NCBI GenBank assembly: GCA_002633005.1
Contig: NMRA01000299.1
Span: forward strand, 479,108 to 543,107
Reading direction: 5' to 3'
Source of the DNA: Phoronis australis
Taxonomy: Eukaryota; Animalia; Phoronida
DNA: 64,000 nucleotides
A program made the position numbers and the translations under genes. Shown piece by piece: positions 25,901-37,225 of the stretch; position 1 is the stretch's first letter; every line of letters starts with the position of its first letter. Under the pieces are notes generated by a model. The model was not told the DNA's origin. It was given only the letters and a program-made list of their open reading frames with translations, and searched no databases.

Positions 25901-28565
25901 GTTGACATAGATTTGCACATAGCTAGCTCTTCAGCAATTTTGACAAATTCAAAGAAATTCGATGCAATATGGCTCAGACAAGAAATTTCACATTTCAGTT
26001 AACGAGCCTACTTTTGAGGGACTAAATAGTGTTTTTATGTTGCTAATGTATGGCTGGGACTGTTTGGGTAGCTCAGTACATCCAAAGTAACAAAAACCAT
26101 TAAAGGCAGGCTTCAAAAACACAGGTTAGGACTGCTCACACATAGCTCATGGACCAAAATTTCTATGCACAACTCTTCGGTAAATGAACATCTCAAAATT
26201 TAGTTGAAGGTTAAAGCCTATCTTCAATGACAACACATGTAAATTTGGTTCCTACAGTATGTTAAGAGCATCGCTCTGATCCCACTAGTACCATAAATTG
26301 CCAAATGTAACAAACTGTTAGACCTATTGGCTTGCTTTTGCCTATGTCATGGCAAGAATCACCTGCAAATAACACCCTCAAGCCATGGTGTTCTATTCCC
26401 ACCCCTATTCAATACAGCCTTTTGTTGTTGGTGCTGGGATCTCACAGAGAGGCAACATGGTACAAAAGGCAGCTTCACTAATCATTTGAGGGGCTTACAT
26501 TTTTTCCTAAGGCTTTGCTAGGACTATCTGGTTAGCAAGGAGGCAGTGTGGCCTGGTTGATAAGTGCCCGCTTTCTTTACTCGAGGTCGTGGGTTCGAGT
26601 CCCACCAGGTGACACTGCTAAACCCTTGAGCCAGGTTTCTAGCTCCTCAGCCCGGTTTTAACCATATATTAATAAAGCATAAAAATATTTCCAGGTGATC
26701 AGTGCAATGGGCCCACATGCGAGGCCTGCGCACGTCTGGTACAACGTGTATCAGACCGCCTGCAATTATTTTTATATTTTATCTGGTTAGCCCAATACAT
26801 TCATAATAACAAAATTACATTGAAGTTAGGCAAGTCAAAGTTGATAATATTCATAGATTATGGTAGATATGGTAAGCAAGAGAAATTTTATTTTGTGATT
26901 GTTCTCCCTCAAATATTTGTAGCACCAAACAAATGGTTTATCATTTGAAAACGTCTTCCATCAGACGTTTTGAGAAATTGTGGTCATTTACAATGTTAGA
27001 AGCCAGTTGCTGGCTTTATTTTTGTCCAAAATTGGTCAAATATTATGGTACCAATAACTCCCAATACATGTCAGATGTCACACCAAGAGGCTGCTTGCTA
27101 CTCCCACAAGTGATTACATAACTGCAAATTCTATGACTGATTAAGGCTGTCCAGCTTGGGTACCACATGTACAACAAAAGGAGTGTAGCAGGGGTCAAAC
27201 ATGTTTACAGCAAAATCCATACAACAACCAACTGCACAAGGGATCTAATCAGCCTAGCAACTGAGCAGGGTCAAAAGGTTTCCTCAGCTATTAGTAGCAC
27301 AAATAATGGTAAATAAAGGTCACACATTAATAAAAGAAAAACTTCACACTGCATCATGACCAAAATTCTGAGATACTCTTTTCATTGTTGTTCACATAAC
27401 TGTTTTATAGCTAGTGATTTTACTTTGAAACTAATGCAATCAAATTACCACTGTTGTGTGGTAGGAGTGCTTTCGAGTGACACTTGAAACTGAACCTTGA
27501 GTTCCGTGTTGAATATTTTCTCCACAACTTAAATCGTAACATGTTTAAAATGAACTAAAGCAACAAATCTGTCCACATTCTTTGTAGTGCAATTGTACAA
27601 GACAGTCTTGCTGTTTGCATTAGCCTATTTGCCGTAACAAGCGCCCGGGGTGCTTAGAAAAATTTGCTTCAGGGGAGGGGGCCTAGGGCGGTTGAAACCC
27701 GGTTTCCGAAACCGGTGAAATCGGAAGCATATACGAAGCTTTTTTCATAACCATAATGTCATTGGTGAACTCAAATTACATTGGAATGACCAACAGGATT
27801 TTTAGCATAAGAGTCAAAGAAAACTGAAGACACACACAGTACTGTTCTCAACCACTAATTGACAACTGGTCACACTATAGATTGCTTTGGTGTTCAGATC
27901 TTAGACAAGGATAATGCCACCCAGAGGCTCCTCATAAAATAGGCTATGCATATACAGTAGAACCATGCTGAGCGTTATCTCGATAGGAACATTGGATCAT
28001 TTGAGCTCCAACTGTTTTGATTTCTAGTCTCATCTCACAATGCCTTTTGACTTGTACCTACATGGTTTGTTTTCCACTTGTGTTGGCTGTTTGAGTATGT
28101 GAACTGTTGCCTTGAAAATGGCTTAACGCAATAAACCTAACGTCAACATCTGGTTACAGTGCTTGACATACTAGTAAACGGTCAAACATACTCAAACATA
28201 CATAAACTACCAGTAGAACATTGGACTCACTTGTACTACTTACACAGGTGCCAAGCATTCTGCATATTTTTGGTTCCTACTATAACAAGCCCAAACTAGG
28301 AAATTGTGCAAATATGGTGTCACTTATAGGAATAGGACATTTTCACCTGTGGACAGATCTAAACCTCAAATCTCTTTGAACAATGAGTGTTTCATGACCT
28401 AGACAGATACCTCTAACTTACCCTCACTATGGCCCCACCTCTTGGTAGGTCAGGCATGGGGGCGTCCGGGCAGTAGTCGTAGTATGTGCTTCGTCGGCTG
28501 GCACGGGGTGCATTGTCAATGCATGTGTAGTTGTCATTACTACACTGGTTCATTAACTTCTGCAT
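10845..28565 (-). CDS. Medium-chain dehydrogenase/reductase (ADH-like) gene, 7 coding exons, 353 aa; join(28565-28422, 25876-25810, 17583-17475, 17056-16896, 12625-12315, 11238-11089, 10964-10845)
   Basis: All introns are GT-AG with compatible phases, and the CDS totals 1062 nt ending in TAA. The protein has MDR landmarks in order: PMPDLPRGGAIVRVVYAGAC, GYEISGIVEAV..GDK, YANY, AAMLPSGGLLAY, Rossmann LIVGAGGLG, GIDVVIDFVG, SIVGTHSG, FPIEQA..GRAVF. Confidence 0.92.
11089..11238 (-). CDS. MDR coding exon 6 (YGVIFACG...LLRDGR)
   Basis: ttcacag acceptor, gtgagt donor, 150 nt in frame. Confidence 0.9.
11231..11333. repeat. 51-bp tandem duplication spanning the exon 6 splice acceptor
   Basis: ACACCATACTGTGAA..GAATGAAAG..ATGTACATATTCTAGCTAGTAGCA occurs twice, at 11231 and 11282. 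Confidence 0.9.
12315..12625 (-). CDS. MDR coding exon 5 (Rossmann fold, GAGGLG)
   Basis: tctccttag acceptor, AAG|gtgagg donor, GxGxxG and DVVIDFVG motifs. Confidence 0.93.
12811..13977 (-). mobile_element. Helentron/DINE-1-like non-autonomous element, family 2, with internal ~150-bp subrepeats
   Basis: On the minus strand it starts with the subterminal inverted pair ATGTGCCCAC..TTGGGTGC followed by a (GTCT)n microsatellite. A matching subTIR (ATGCGCTCA/ATGCGCCCAC type) lies at the other end. Homologous to 19938-24355. Confidence 0.7.
16896..17056 (-). CDS. MDR coding exon 4 (YANYMAVDD...YKLKMI)
   Basis: catctag acceptor, gtaagc donor. Typical MDR 'AAxLxxxxxTAY' region. Confidence 0.9.
17475..17583 (-). 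CDS. MDR coding exon 3 (GYEISGIVEAV...GDKCII)
   Basis: ttgttgcag acceptor, gtaagc donor, GHE-equivalent motif. Confidence 0.9.
17748..19138. mobile_element. Decayed TIR-type DNA transposon with TAAGCGCCC subterminal motifs and a HIRAN-like fragment
   Basis: ATAAGCGCCC/CTAAGCGCCC repeats at both ends. Reverse-complement homologues occur at 27625-27730, 29210-29396 and 34169-34408. ORF 17878..18135 contains ICGFHVYREIW..P..NPLDKY. Confidence 0.65.
19288..19328. repeat. (TA)/(CATATA) microsatellite
   Basis: Visible directly. Confidence 0.85.
19938..23012 (-). mobile_element. Family 2 Helentron-like element, interrupted by other sequence (~20900-22265) and by a hAT-like MITE
   Basis: Begins ACAAGAGCAACACGGAGCATTGAAATGCGCCCAC. 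The subrepeats stop near 20895 and resume near 22270. It ends GACGGCATAATGCGTCCACATATAAATATGT. Confidence 0.65.
22330..22820. mobile_element. hAT-like MITE, 13-bp TIR CAGGGCTTGGAAT
   Basis: Perfect TIRs at 22330 and ending at 22820, multiple GCGGAAA subterminal motifs. Flanks are CACTGG / CACTAG, a possible 6-bp TSD with one mismatch. Confidence 0.8.
23083..24355 (-). mobile_element. Family 2 Helentron-like element (about 3 copies of a ~450-bp higher-order unit)
   Basis: Same subrepeats (GAAGATACAGAGGTAAAC, GGTTTAGGAGATA, CAGTAAAAATGGCCACTAGG). Ends GGACGGACACACATGACGGCATAATG. Confidence 0.7.
25810..25876 (-). CDS. MDR coding exon 2 (VVYAGACYNENPGKKNRRVKSAG)
   Basis: tgctgcag acceptor, |gtacga donor. 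The 67-nt exon links phase 0 to phase 1 and contains the GxC motif. Confidence 0.8.
26537..26779 (+). mobile_element. tRNA-derived SINE with 12-bp TSD
   Basis: A-box-like TGGCCTGGTTGA, B box GGTTCGAGTCC, CCCTTGAGC core-like motif, AT-rich tail. Flanked by the direct repeat TATCTGGTTAGC (26525-26536 and 26780-26791). Confidence 0.88.
28422..28565 (-). CDS. MDR coding exon 1 (MQKLM...PDLPRGGAIVR)
   Basis: Acceptor tttctttgcag precedes 28585, ATG at 28565, donor AGG|gtaagt. Confidence 0.85.
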
Positions 28566-29396
28566 GATGATCAAATTCGGTACAACTGCAAAGAAATTAA
28601 TTCATCACCATATCAACTGTCGTAACTGTATCTTCGACGAGATGGAAACTCAGTTATTTCAGTCCAAATTTGGCACCCTCCATTTAAAAAACACGAGCCT
28701 GGCATAAATACACATACAGTAAAATAGTAAGGAGTGAAGTGGCACCATATGTGTAACCATTTCTTAACTGGTAGAAGTTGGCATCTCTAACCATGCAGTA
28801 GGCTTATTCAGAAACACAAAACTAAACCTTGGCTTCTTGGCACTAATGTTCACACTGGAAAAATATATGCGACATCGCCAGGGTCTAGTGTTGGAGTACT
28901 AGTACTTAACAAGAATTTCCCCCAAAATTTACCTAGTCATGGAAAATACTGGCCACAATGGATTTGCCAAATTCCCAAATAACTAGTTCTAGTATCACAA
29001 CAATAGACAGGTACCACACAAAGATCATATACACAAGTGTGTCCCTATACAGAAGAGCATAAAATTAGCTGACAGCTAGAGGTCATCTGCAAATGACTGG
29101 GCAACAAATAGGTTAAGGTTATGTCCAACCATATTTAGTGACCCCCATTCTAACCTGTATATCAAAAAACTAAGCTTTGTCAACTACTAATAATAAACTC
29201 AAACAGTCAAGCAGAGCCTGTTTTAATATTTAGCTTAGCACTTGCTGGCCTCATCTGCTAAAAAACGTTCGAGAATTGTTTCGGTAAGACCGATATGTCA
29301 CTCATTGAGTCGCCGGGTGAGTGGATGCGTGACCCTAGTGTAACAGCTATTTTCCAGAAGATTCGGGGTGTAAGGGTGCGAATGTGTTCACTATGA

Positions 29397-32300
29397 GGTG
29401 CATTCCACGGTTTCATTTTTATGTTTACACATAGTTTAATCATTGAATTTTGTTGTCTGCAGGTCCATTTTCTGTTAGTCATAGAAATTTTGCTTTTATC
29501 GGAAGGTTTGTCTTATTTGTAACATTTTGCGTTACAGATGTGAATTTTTTCATAATTTTTTCTACAGACATGAAGAAATAAATGCCAAAATTGTTTTAAT
29601 ATATCATTTGTTAAACAAGAAGTATACTAACAGATGAAACTACCTGATTTTTTGATTAGTATTTCCAATTAAACTTTCAAATTAGTGAAAGTCACATCTG
29701 CAACATTTAAGTAACAAAAGTTTTGATTTTAGGAAAAAAGTAAATCAAGTTTAACACAATTTAATTTTCTCTTTATTCACCCTAATCAACAAAATTTAGC
29801 AAAATTTCTCAAATGTATCTAAATCCAGTTCCACAAAAATCAAAAACATTTCAAGTCACATCTGTAACAGTTTGTTACAGATGTGACATGATGTAAGAAA
29901 TGTGACCATCTTTTGCAGCCACTAAGTAAAGATTTACTTTTCATGACTTAATTTTTAAAAGGTTTGTATGATCAATTGGAACAAATATCTATGAAGAATT
30001 GTTAAAGCCACTGTTAATCATCTACTGAGCCAAGTACTCCCCGTTTAGCGATAGTTCAAGGCTAACCGTAACGTCGAAACACACTGTGGTGAAGAACATA
30101 TGCACTGAAAGTCCCCTTCATTCACTATAGCCACCAGCTGAAAAATTCACAAACTTTACCCGAAGCACCAGCTGAAAATCCGCCCACTTCACCAGAGGCA
30201 TATCCCCCTTCATCAGAGGGACTGATAAGTGTTTTTTCTGTCAGTGATTTTGTGGTTGTTAAGTTCCGACGTATTCGTTTCAAGCAAGATGTTCCATCAA
30301 AACTGGAATTACGGTGTTAAGCAGATAGACCAGAGTCAAAAACGTACTACCGCACCTTCAAAACAGCTAACCAGCCCGAAAAACACAAACTCCGACCTCA
30401 AAAACAGAAACCCTGGGGATCGGAAAGGACACCAAGGACCGAAACACCACTCCCGTACTTGCTTTATTAGTACTCTGTGCTCATACGACTTGCATCAATT
30501 TCACATTTTGATGAAACAATAAATCTTCTTATTTTAAATAGTTGATGTGATATGTTGTTTCAGACAACTTAGGACCGATTCATAGCAAAAAAAGTGTTGA
30601 TTTTTAAATCGCGGTTGTGTGTACAGTGTGCTAGACATGGTGAACAATGAAAAATGGCATGTGCTTGAGTGTTGGATGCCACAATGGTCACAGAATTCTG
30701 AGGGATTATCTACCAAAAAAGCATGTGAGTTCAGAAATTCCGATTCCAAATTTAGTGATGATTGAGGAGTTGAAGTAACTCTTCTTGAGGACAAGAACAG
30801 TAACGTTGGTGACCACAAATTGCACGAGTTTTAAGCAACAAGTCAACACAACGTAAGTTCCATTTTATTATTGTTAATCTTTAACAAATGCAGAAAACAA
30901 ATGGAAAGTACTAGAAAATGCTCAGTTTGAGGCTATTGACGTTGTCTTAGAAAATTTGAAAAATTGTCCAGGTTCCCTATTTGATCACTGAGGTTCGTGT
31001 TTTAAAAGCCGGGTTTGATTTTCGGGCTGGTTAGCTGTTTTGACTCCGGGATATTTGTTTTAAGCTAGGATTCCAATTTCGATGGAACAATTGTGTCCTA
31101 GGAGCTCAAACGTTGCACAGACCATGATGGTTGAAAGAGATGGTATCGAAGTCACTGTCATGAGAACAACGGATGGTAACAAGACTGCGTTCAGTTTACC
31201 AGCACAAGACGACACCACATGGATTGACCTGGACCAAATAATCAAAAAACTGCCCGTTCTGCATATCGATCATTGCTCAGAATAATTTACAAGGACAAGC
31301 AACTGTCGCAGCCTAAACAAACATTTAATTCTAAGATTTTAGCTCAGTACGTCATGTCAGCATTTCACGTCACTTTGTAATTGTACGTGTATGAGTGTTT
31401 ATGTTGGCCTTAGTTAGTTGTACCTGATTTACTCCTGTTACTAAACTCAACTTTTTCAAGGTGGTTTAAGGACTTACTTGGTATAGTTTTTACTTGGCGA
31501 AATAAATTTCGCCAAGTATATTGCTCTGACACTATGTTTGTTTTTTTTTGTTTTTTTTTTTGTTTGTTCGCACGATACAGGTCGCAATTTTCGTCCGATC
31601 ATCACGAAATTTACACATAACACGTACTTTCGGAAGTCCTGGAAGCCTATTGTTTTTCGTCAAAATCGGATCCAAGATGGCGGCTGTGGCGGCCATTTTG
31701 TTTTCATTTAAAGGTTCAAATGCTTCTGGAGGCTACAATTTTTTACGTAAAAGGCTAAGAATCGGCACAATAAGTGGACCGGAAGTTTGCTACAAGCATA
31801 CCGGAAATTGTTTACTTCCGATTAAAGATGGCGGAAATATCGGCGATCGCGCATGCGCACCTCAATTTTGGCCTAAAAACGTTTTCTCCTGTAGAGGGCG
31901 CACTATAAGGCCAATTCCTATGAAGTTTTGCGGATATAAGTTTTTTGTGAAATGCTATTATATCAACCCAAAAAACCGGAAGTTGCATTCAAGATGGCGG
32001 ATCTTGTGCATGTTGACCTATTTTCAGTCGTACGTAAATGCTATTTAAACGGGTGAAGNAAACAGTTTAAATGAACGCGCCACTCACGATTCGCACCCGA
32101 AGAAACACCGCCATTTTGAACTTGCCGCGAACCCGGAAGTACAATGCATTCAGGAACCCAGGCCGAGAAAACGCCGTCAGTGCGACTCGAGCAGTGCCTG
32201 TACTGTTACCAGCCAGCAAACGGGGATAAATGATCGACAGCGCGCCTTAATTTTAATAAAATCAAACTACAGACAATTTTATCGAATTTGCTGAAGAAAT

Positions 32301-34168
32301 GTGGCGAATAAATTTTGACAGAAATTATTTTGCCAGACTCGGGACGGCAGCCTATCGGACCCGGTGCGGATCGAGACCAGACACTGGCGAACGGTAAATG
32401 CATGCGGTTGCAAGCTGTTTTGTCGAAGTAAAATGGTCAAATGATAAATGCTGCATATATTCAAGGATAGTTTCAGATACTTGCATGAAATTAGGGGCTG
32501 GTTAGTCCTGTGTCACACTGCCGCGGCAGACCTTAGTTAGCCTCAGTCACCAGCTACCAGTGAAGACTATAGTCAAAATACACTGAGCTTGTCAGTAGGC
32601 CAAGACTACCCTTAGGCCTAACTGGTCGCTGGCCACCAACACAAAAAACACAAAAATTGAACAATAAAAAGTTTCTTTTTTGTAGCAACGTTTGTCAAAA
32701 TGTATCAACGTTAAATCTTTACAAATTACAAAGTAGCCGATTGAACATGCCTTTCAGTTCAGCAAAAGTCGACATTGTAGGTGCCGCCAGAAATGAGACG
32801 AAGTCCAACGGGAATTGTGAGCACATTTATCACTTAATGAGTAACAACTGCGAGGCTGAAATTTGGTTAAACACTGCTAAATCGTGCAGAATAGTAAGTA
32901 AAGTTATGTCTAACTAAATGTCAGCGTAATTTGTTGGCAAAAACAATTTACACAAAGTTTTAAACTCGTAACTCATCCCGCTGTGCTCCAATATGGCCGA
33001 CGCGATCCAAACAAAGTGACCCAAATTTCGCCACAAAACTTGCAATAACTTTACAGTGCTTGCCCCGATTTTGATACTTTTTCGATTTTTACTAAGTAGA
33101 ATGTACTACCTTTCCGATGATAGCAGTGTACTTTTTCAAAACGAGGAAAAAATATAACTGAAAAAAATAGGTTCGACCCATATTGGTTCCTAGGTTCCAC
33201 CGGCCTACATAAGGAACTAAACATCAATGCTATTTTAACATACTAAGTACGCGTAACATTCCAAAAAAAATCAACGACCACAAACTACAAATACACTACA
33301 TATGCAAACGAATCACGATATATTACTAATAAAACAATATAATGAAGACTTTTCGAGCAAGCCATAGCACATTCAGTTACAAGGAAAAAATGGCGGCGTT
33401 CAGGACAAGTTCCTGAACTGATGAGCCGGAAATGTGGGTATGGAAATAACCGATGACAACCGGTAATCATACGCTCAGAGAAAAGGGTCAAATACGGTTG
33501 AAAAATCGCTATTGGCAAGAAAGGCGAAAAGAATGTAAAGAAAAGGTGTCGAAAATAAGATTTTATGTAGTAAGTATTTTCGGATACTAGAACCACATGG
33601 GCAGTTTGCAACAAGGACTTCAAGACTCCATCTATCAAAAACACTAAAATAGTTTACCCACAACCCTTACATACACTTAATGGGATTTTATCAGCTTTGT
33701 TTTCATTAAAATTGCATTTTACAACTCTGTATAATGCAAGTGCCAAATAGTCACATCTGTTACAGTCACATTATTAACGCACGTGGTTTTTTTAAATTGC
33801 TCATAATTATACAAAGACTTGATTTTAGTTCAAAAACCTTTTCTTCATGTTATAGCCAAATAAACAGTTAAATTATCTATAGGGAAACTAGTTCCATATT
33901 ATGAAAGACAGAACAGAGTTTTTAGACAAACCACCATTAGCATATTGACCATGGCATTTTCGGTCACATCTGTAACACTAATTAAAAGTAAATTTTAGTA
34001 CATTTGTAATGTGCAGAATTAAAAACTTTTGATACCTGAAGTGCTTCCATCAAGTGTGTAATGTTTACTTAGAATTTCTTACAATTGTGATGCTTCACTA
34101 ATTTTATATTGGAATTTAAAGTGTCTGAATGTCACTTCTGTAACGAAACCAATACCGTGGAATGCACC
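29397..34168. mobile_element. 4.8-kb TIR DNA transposon remnant with GTCACATCTGTAAC subterminal repeats (superfamily uncertain)
   Basis: 15-bp TIR GGTGCATTCCACGGT / ACCGTGGAATGCACC. Subterminal repeats at ~29531, 29691, 29855, 29874, 33750, 33963 and 34130. Internal fragment EVTVMR..FSLPAQDDTTWIDLDQIIKKLP (31082-31285) resembles transposase C-terminal domains. It splits a copy of the 17748-19138 family. Confidence 0.75.
31487..32060 (+). mobile_element. Helentron/DINE-1-like element, family 1 (3'-truncated copy)
   Basis: Starts with the hairpin TTTTTACTTGGCGAAAT-AA-ATTTCGCCAAGTA and is highly similar to 36192-36745. Confidence 0.75.
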
Positions 34169-34408
34169 ATCAGTGGGTCATTTTGACTTTAAAAACACCA
34201 ATTATGATTAGCTAAATAATTTCTCTTAAAAATAATGCACAAGTTTTATATAGTATTAGAAACTTTTGGAAATTAGTGCCAATATTTATTTCTTGCCGAT
34301 GCTGTGTTACCCGTTTCATGAATAGATAGTTCCCGACTAAATGTCTTCGATGACAGCCGGTACATCATGCAGCGCGCGCTTCTTGGCCGTGTGCTAACAC
34401 TGGCTGAG

Positions 34409-36142
34409 TTTTTACTTGGCGGAATTCCGCCAAGTATGTTGCTCTGACAGCAAGTGTTTGTTCGCTCTCTACAGGTCGCAATTCTGGTCCGATTTTCACG
34501 AAATTTGCACAAAACATGTAGATCGGGAATCACTGGAACGCTATTGTTTTTGGTCATGATCGGATACAAAATGGCGGACGTGGCGGCCATTTTGTATCCG
34601 ATTTCACAGTCAAATACTCGTAGAGGCCGCATTTTTCGACCTGCATGGCTGAAAATCGGTACGAATGTACTAGAACGCATGTGCTACAATTGTGCAGAAA
34701 ATCGTTGACTTCCGGTTTAAAGATGGCGGAAATATTGGACGTGGCGCATGCGCACCCCGAAATATGGCTAAAAACGTTTTCTCCTGTAGAGGGCGCAATT
34801 GCAAACCAATCACTTTCAAACTGGTCACGTGTTTGTTGAGTTTAATAAGCTTTTATAAAAAATTATTGAACCGGAAGGCACCTTCAAGATGGCGGCTGTG
34901 GGGCATGTTCACACGGTTTCAATCGCTCTGGTGTCGCATTTTTTATGGGAAGAGCAAATGACGTGAATTTTTGCATGTGGATTCCTTGAAATATGGCCTT
35001 TCAAAAAGTCTGCGAGAGCGTATTTCTCAGACTTACCGTTTTCGAGTTATTTGACTTTAAATTTCAAAAAAAAAAAACGGCAAATTTTCAATTTTCTCGA
35101 AATGTTTTTGGATTTTTGCCAAACTACCACTTTAGATAGAGATTTGAACGGGCTTTCAGAAGATATTTTCCATTTTGACTACGACGTCTACTTTTCGAAT
35201 TATTCGAGATTTTCGGATACCGTTGTTCCTTCGGTCACACGCAGCTGGCTGGCTTTCAGCCCACTTTGTTTTGGTTATGCCTAGTTGACCCAGACTGACC
35301 CAGCCAGCACTGTCCTACTTTAAAGCATGGCTCGTCCGTCATGTTGCGCCATCTATTGTTCTTTATTGTAGTTGATTGTACGCTCTCTATTTGATTTTTT
35401 GCTAGTCACATGAATGTTATCGTGTTTGACAAACTACCACTTTAGATAGAGTTTTGAACGGGCTTTCAGATGATAATTTTCATTTTGCGCTACGATGTCT
35501 TCTTTTTGAATTATTTGAGATTTTCGAATACCGTTGTTCCTTTGGTCACACGCAGCTGGCTGGCTTTCAGTTCACTTTGTTTTGATTATGCCTAGTTGAC
35601 CCAGACTGACCCAGCCAGCACTGTTCTACTGTAGACTGGACCGTCATGTGGCGCCATCTAGTGTTCTTTATTGTAGTTGATTGTATGCTCTCTATTTGAT
35701 TTTTTGCTAGTCACATGAATGTTAACGTGTTTGACAAACTACCACTTTAGATAGAGTTTTGAATGGGCTTTCAGATGATAATTTCCATTTTGCGCTACGA
35801 CGTCTACTTTTTGAATTATTTGAGATTTTCGGATACCGTTGTTCCTTCGGTCACGTATGCACTCAGCTGGCTGGCTTTCATTTCACTTTGTTTTGATTAT
35901 GCCTAGTTGACCCAGACTGACCCAGCCAGCACTGTTCTACTGTAGACTGGGCAGTCATGTGGCGCCATCTATTGTTCTTTATTGTAGTTCATTGTATGCT
36001 CTCTATTTGATTTCGTCGCTAGTCACATGAATGTTACCGTGTTATCTATTATTGCCGCCTTGATCGTCATGATTGTCGTCGTCGCTCTCATTGTCGTCTT
36101 TTCGATTAATTCCGCCAAGTGTCGCTCTTCCGAGCGCTCTCG
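34409..36142 (+). mobile_element. Family 1 Helentron-like element, complete, carrying 3 internal ~305-310 bp tandem repeats
   Basis: 5' palindrome TACTTGGCGGAATTCCGCCAAGTA. 3' subTIR ATTCCGCCAAGT followed by stem-loop CGCTC-TTCC-GAGCG. T-run insertion context. Repeat units start CAAACTACCACTTTAGATAGAG at 35120, 35430 and 35735. Confidence 0.8.
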
Positions 36143-37225
36143 TTTTACTTGTCGAAATAAATTTCGCCAAGTATGTTGCTCTTCCACTTAGTTTTTACTT
36201 GGCGAAATAAATTTCGCCAAGTATATTGCTCTGACACTAAGTTTTTTTTTGTTTGTTCGCACTATACAGCTCGCAATATTCGTCCGATCATCACGAAATT
36301 TACACATAACACGTACTTTCGGAAGTACTGGAAGCCTATTGTTTTTCGTCAAAATCGGATACAAGATGGCGGCTGCGGCGGCCATTTTGTTTCCATTTAA
36401 AGGTTCAAATGCTTCTGGAGGCTACAATTTTTTACGTAGAAGGCTAAGAATCGGCAAAGTAAATGGACTGGATGCTTGCTACAAGTATACCGGTAATTGT
36501 TTACTTCCGGCCAAAGATGGCGGAAATATCGGCGATCGCGCATGCGCACCACGATTATGGCTTAAAAACGTTTTCTCCTCTAGAGGGCGCATTATCAGAC
36601 CAATGCCTTCGAATTTTTACAGGTATTAGTTTCTTGTAACATGCTATTATACAAAGCCAAAAAACCGGAAGTTGCGTTCAAGATGGCAGATATGGCGCAT
36701 GTTGACCCATTTTCAGTCGTCTGGAGTGCGATTTTAAACGGGAAGAGAAAAAGACGTGATTTTTTGCATGTAGATTTTTTGAAGTATTATCTTTCAAATG
36801 GTCTATAACAATTTTTTCTCAGACTTACCGTTTTCGAGTTATTTGACTTTGAAATTCTTAAAAAAACGCAAAATTTCATTTTTTTTCGAAAACTTCACGG
36901 AATTAGGCGATACCATCAGTTTAGATAGAGCTTTGCATGGGGTTTCAGAAGATGCTTTCCATTGTTCTCTACGACGTCTACTTTTCGAGTTATTTGAGAT
37001 TTTCTGATAACGCTGCTCCTTTGTTGAGCGCTCTTGCTGCATTCAGGTTGGTTTAGCTTCTATTGAACTAGACTGCAACCTATTTCTAAATGATTTATGA
37101 CATCTAAATTCGTCATATGAATGTTATGATGTTCTTCATCATGGCCACCACCATCATCATATTCGTCATCATCTCCGACGTCGTCTTTTCTTCAGTTAAT
37201 TTCGCCAAGTGAATCACAAATTGAG
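36143..37225 (+). mobile_element. Family 1 Helentron-like elements in head-to-tail tandem (mini copy 36143-36191, full copy 36192-37225)
   Basis: The 5' hairpin is repeated at 36143 and 36192. The 3' subTIR AATTTCGCCAAGT is at ~37198-37210. Confidence 0.78.

Noticed and set aside
26539-26612. tRNA gene
   Set aside because: The cloverleaf and anticodon arm are degenerate, and it continues into a SINE body with a tail and a 12-bp TSD.
31548-36629. Paralogous ORFs MFVRTIQ...KMAAAAAIL (31548, 34454, 36249)
   Set aside because: These are translations of non-coding family 1 repeats. 'KMAA' is simply the AAGATGGCGGC motif.
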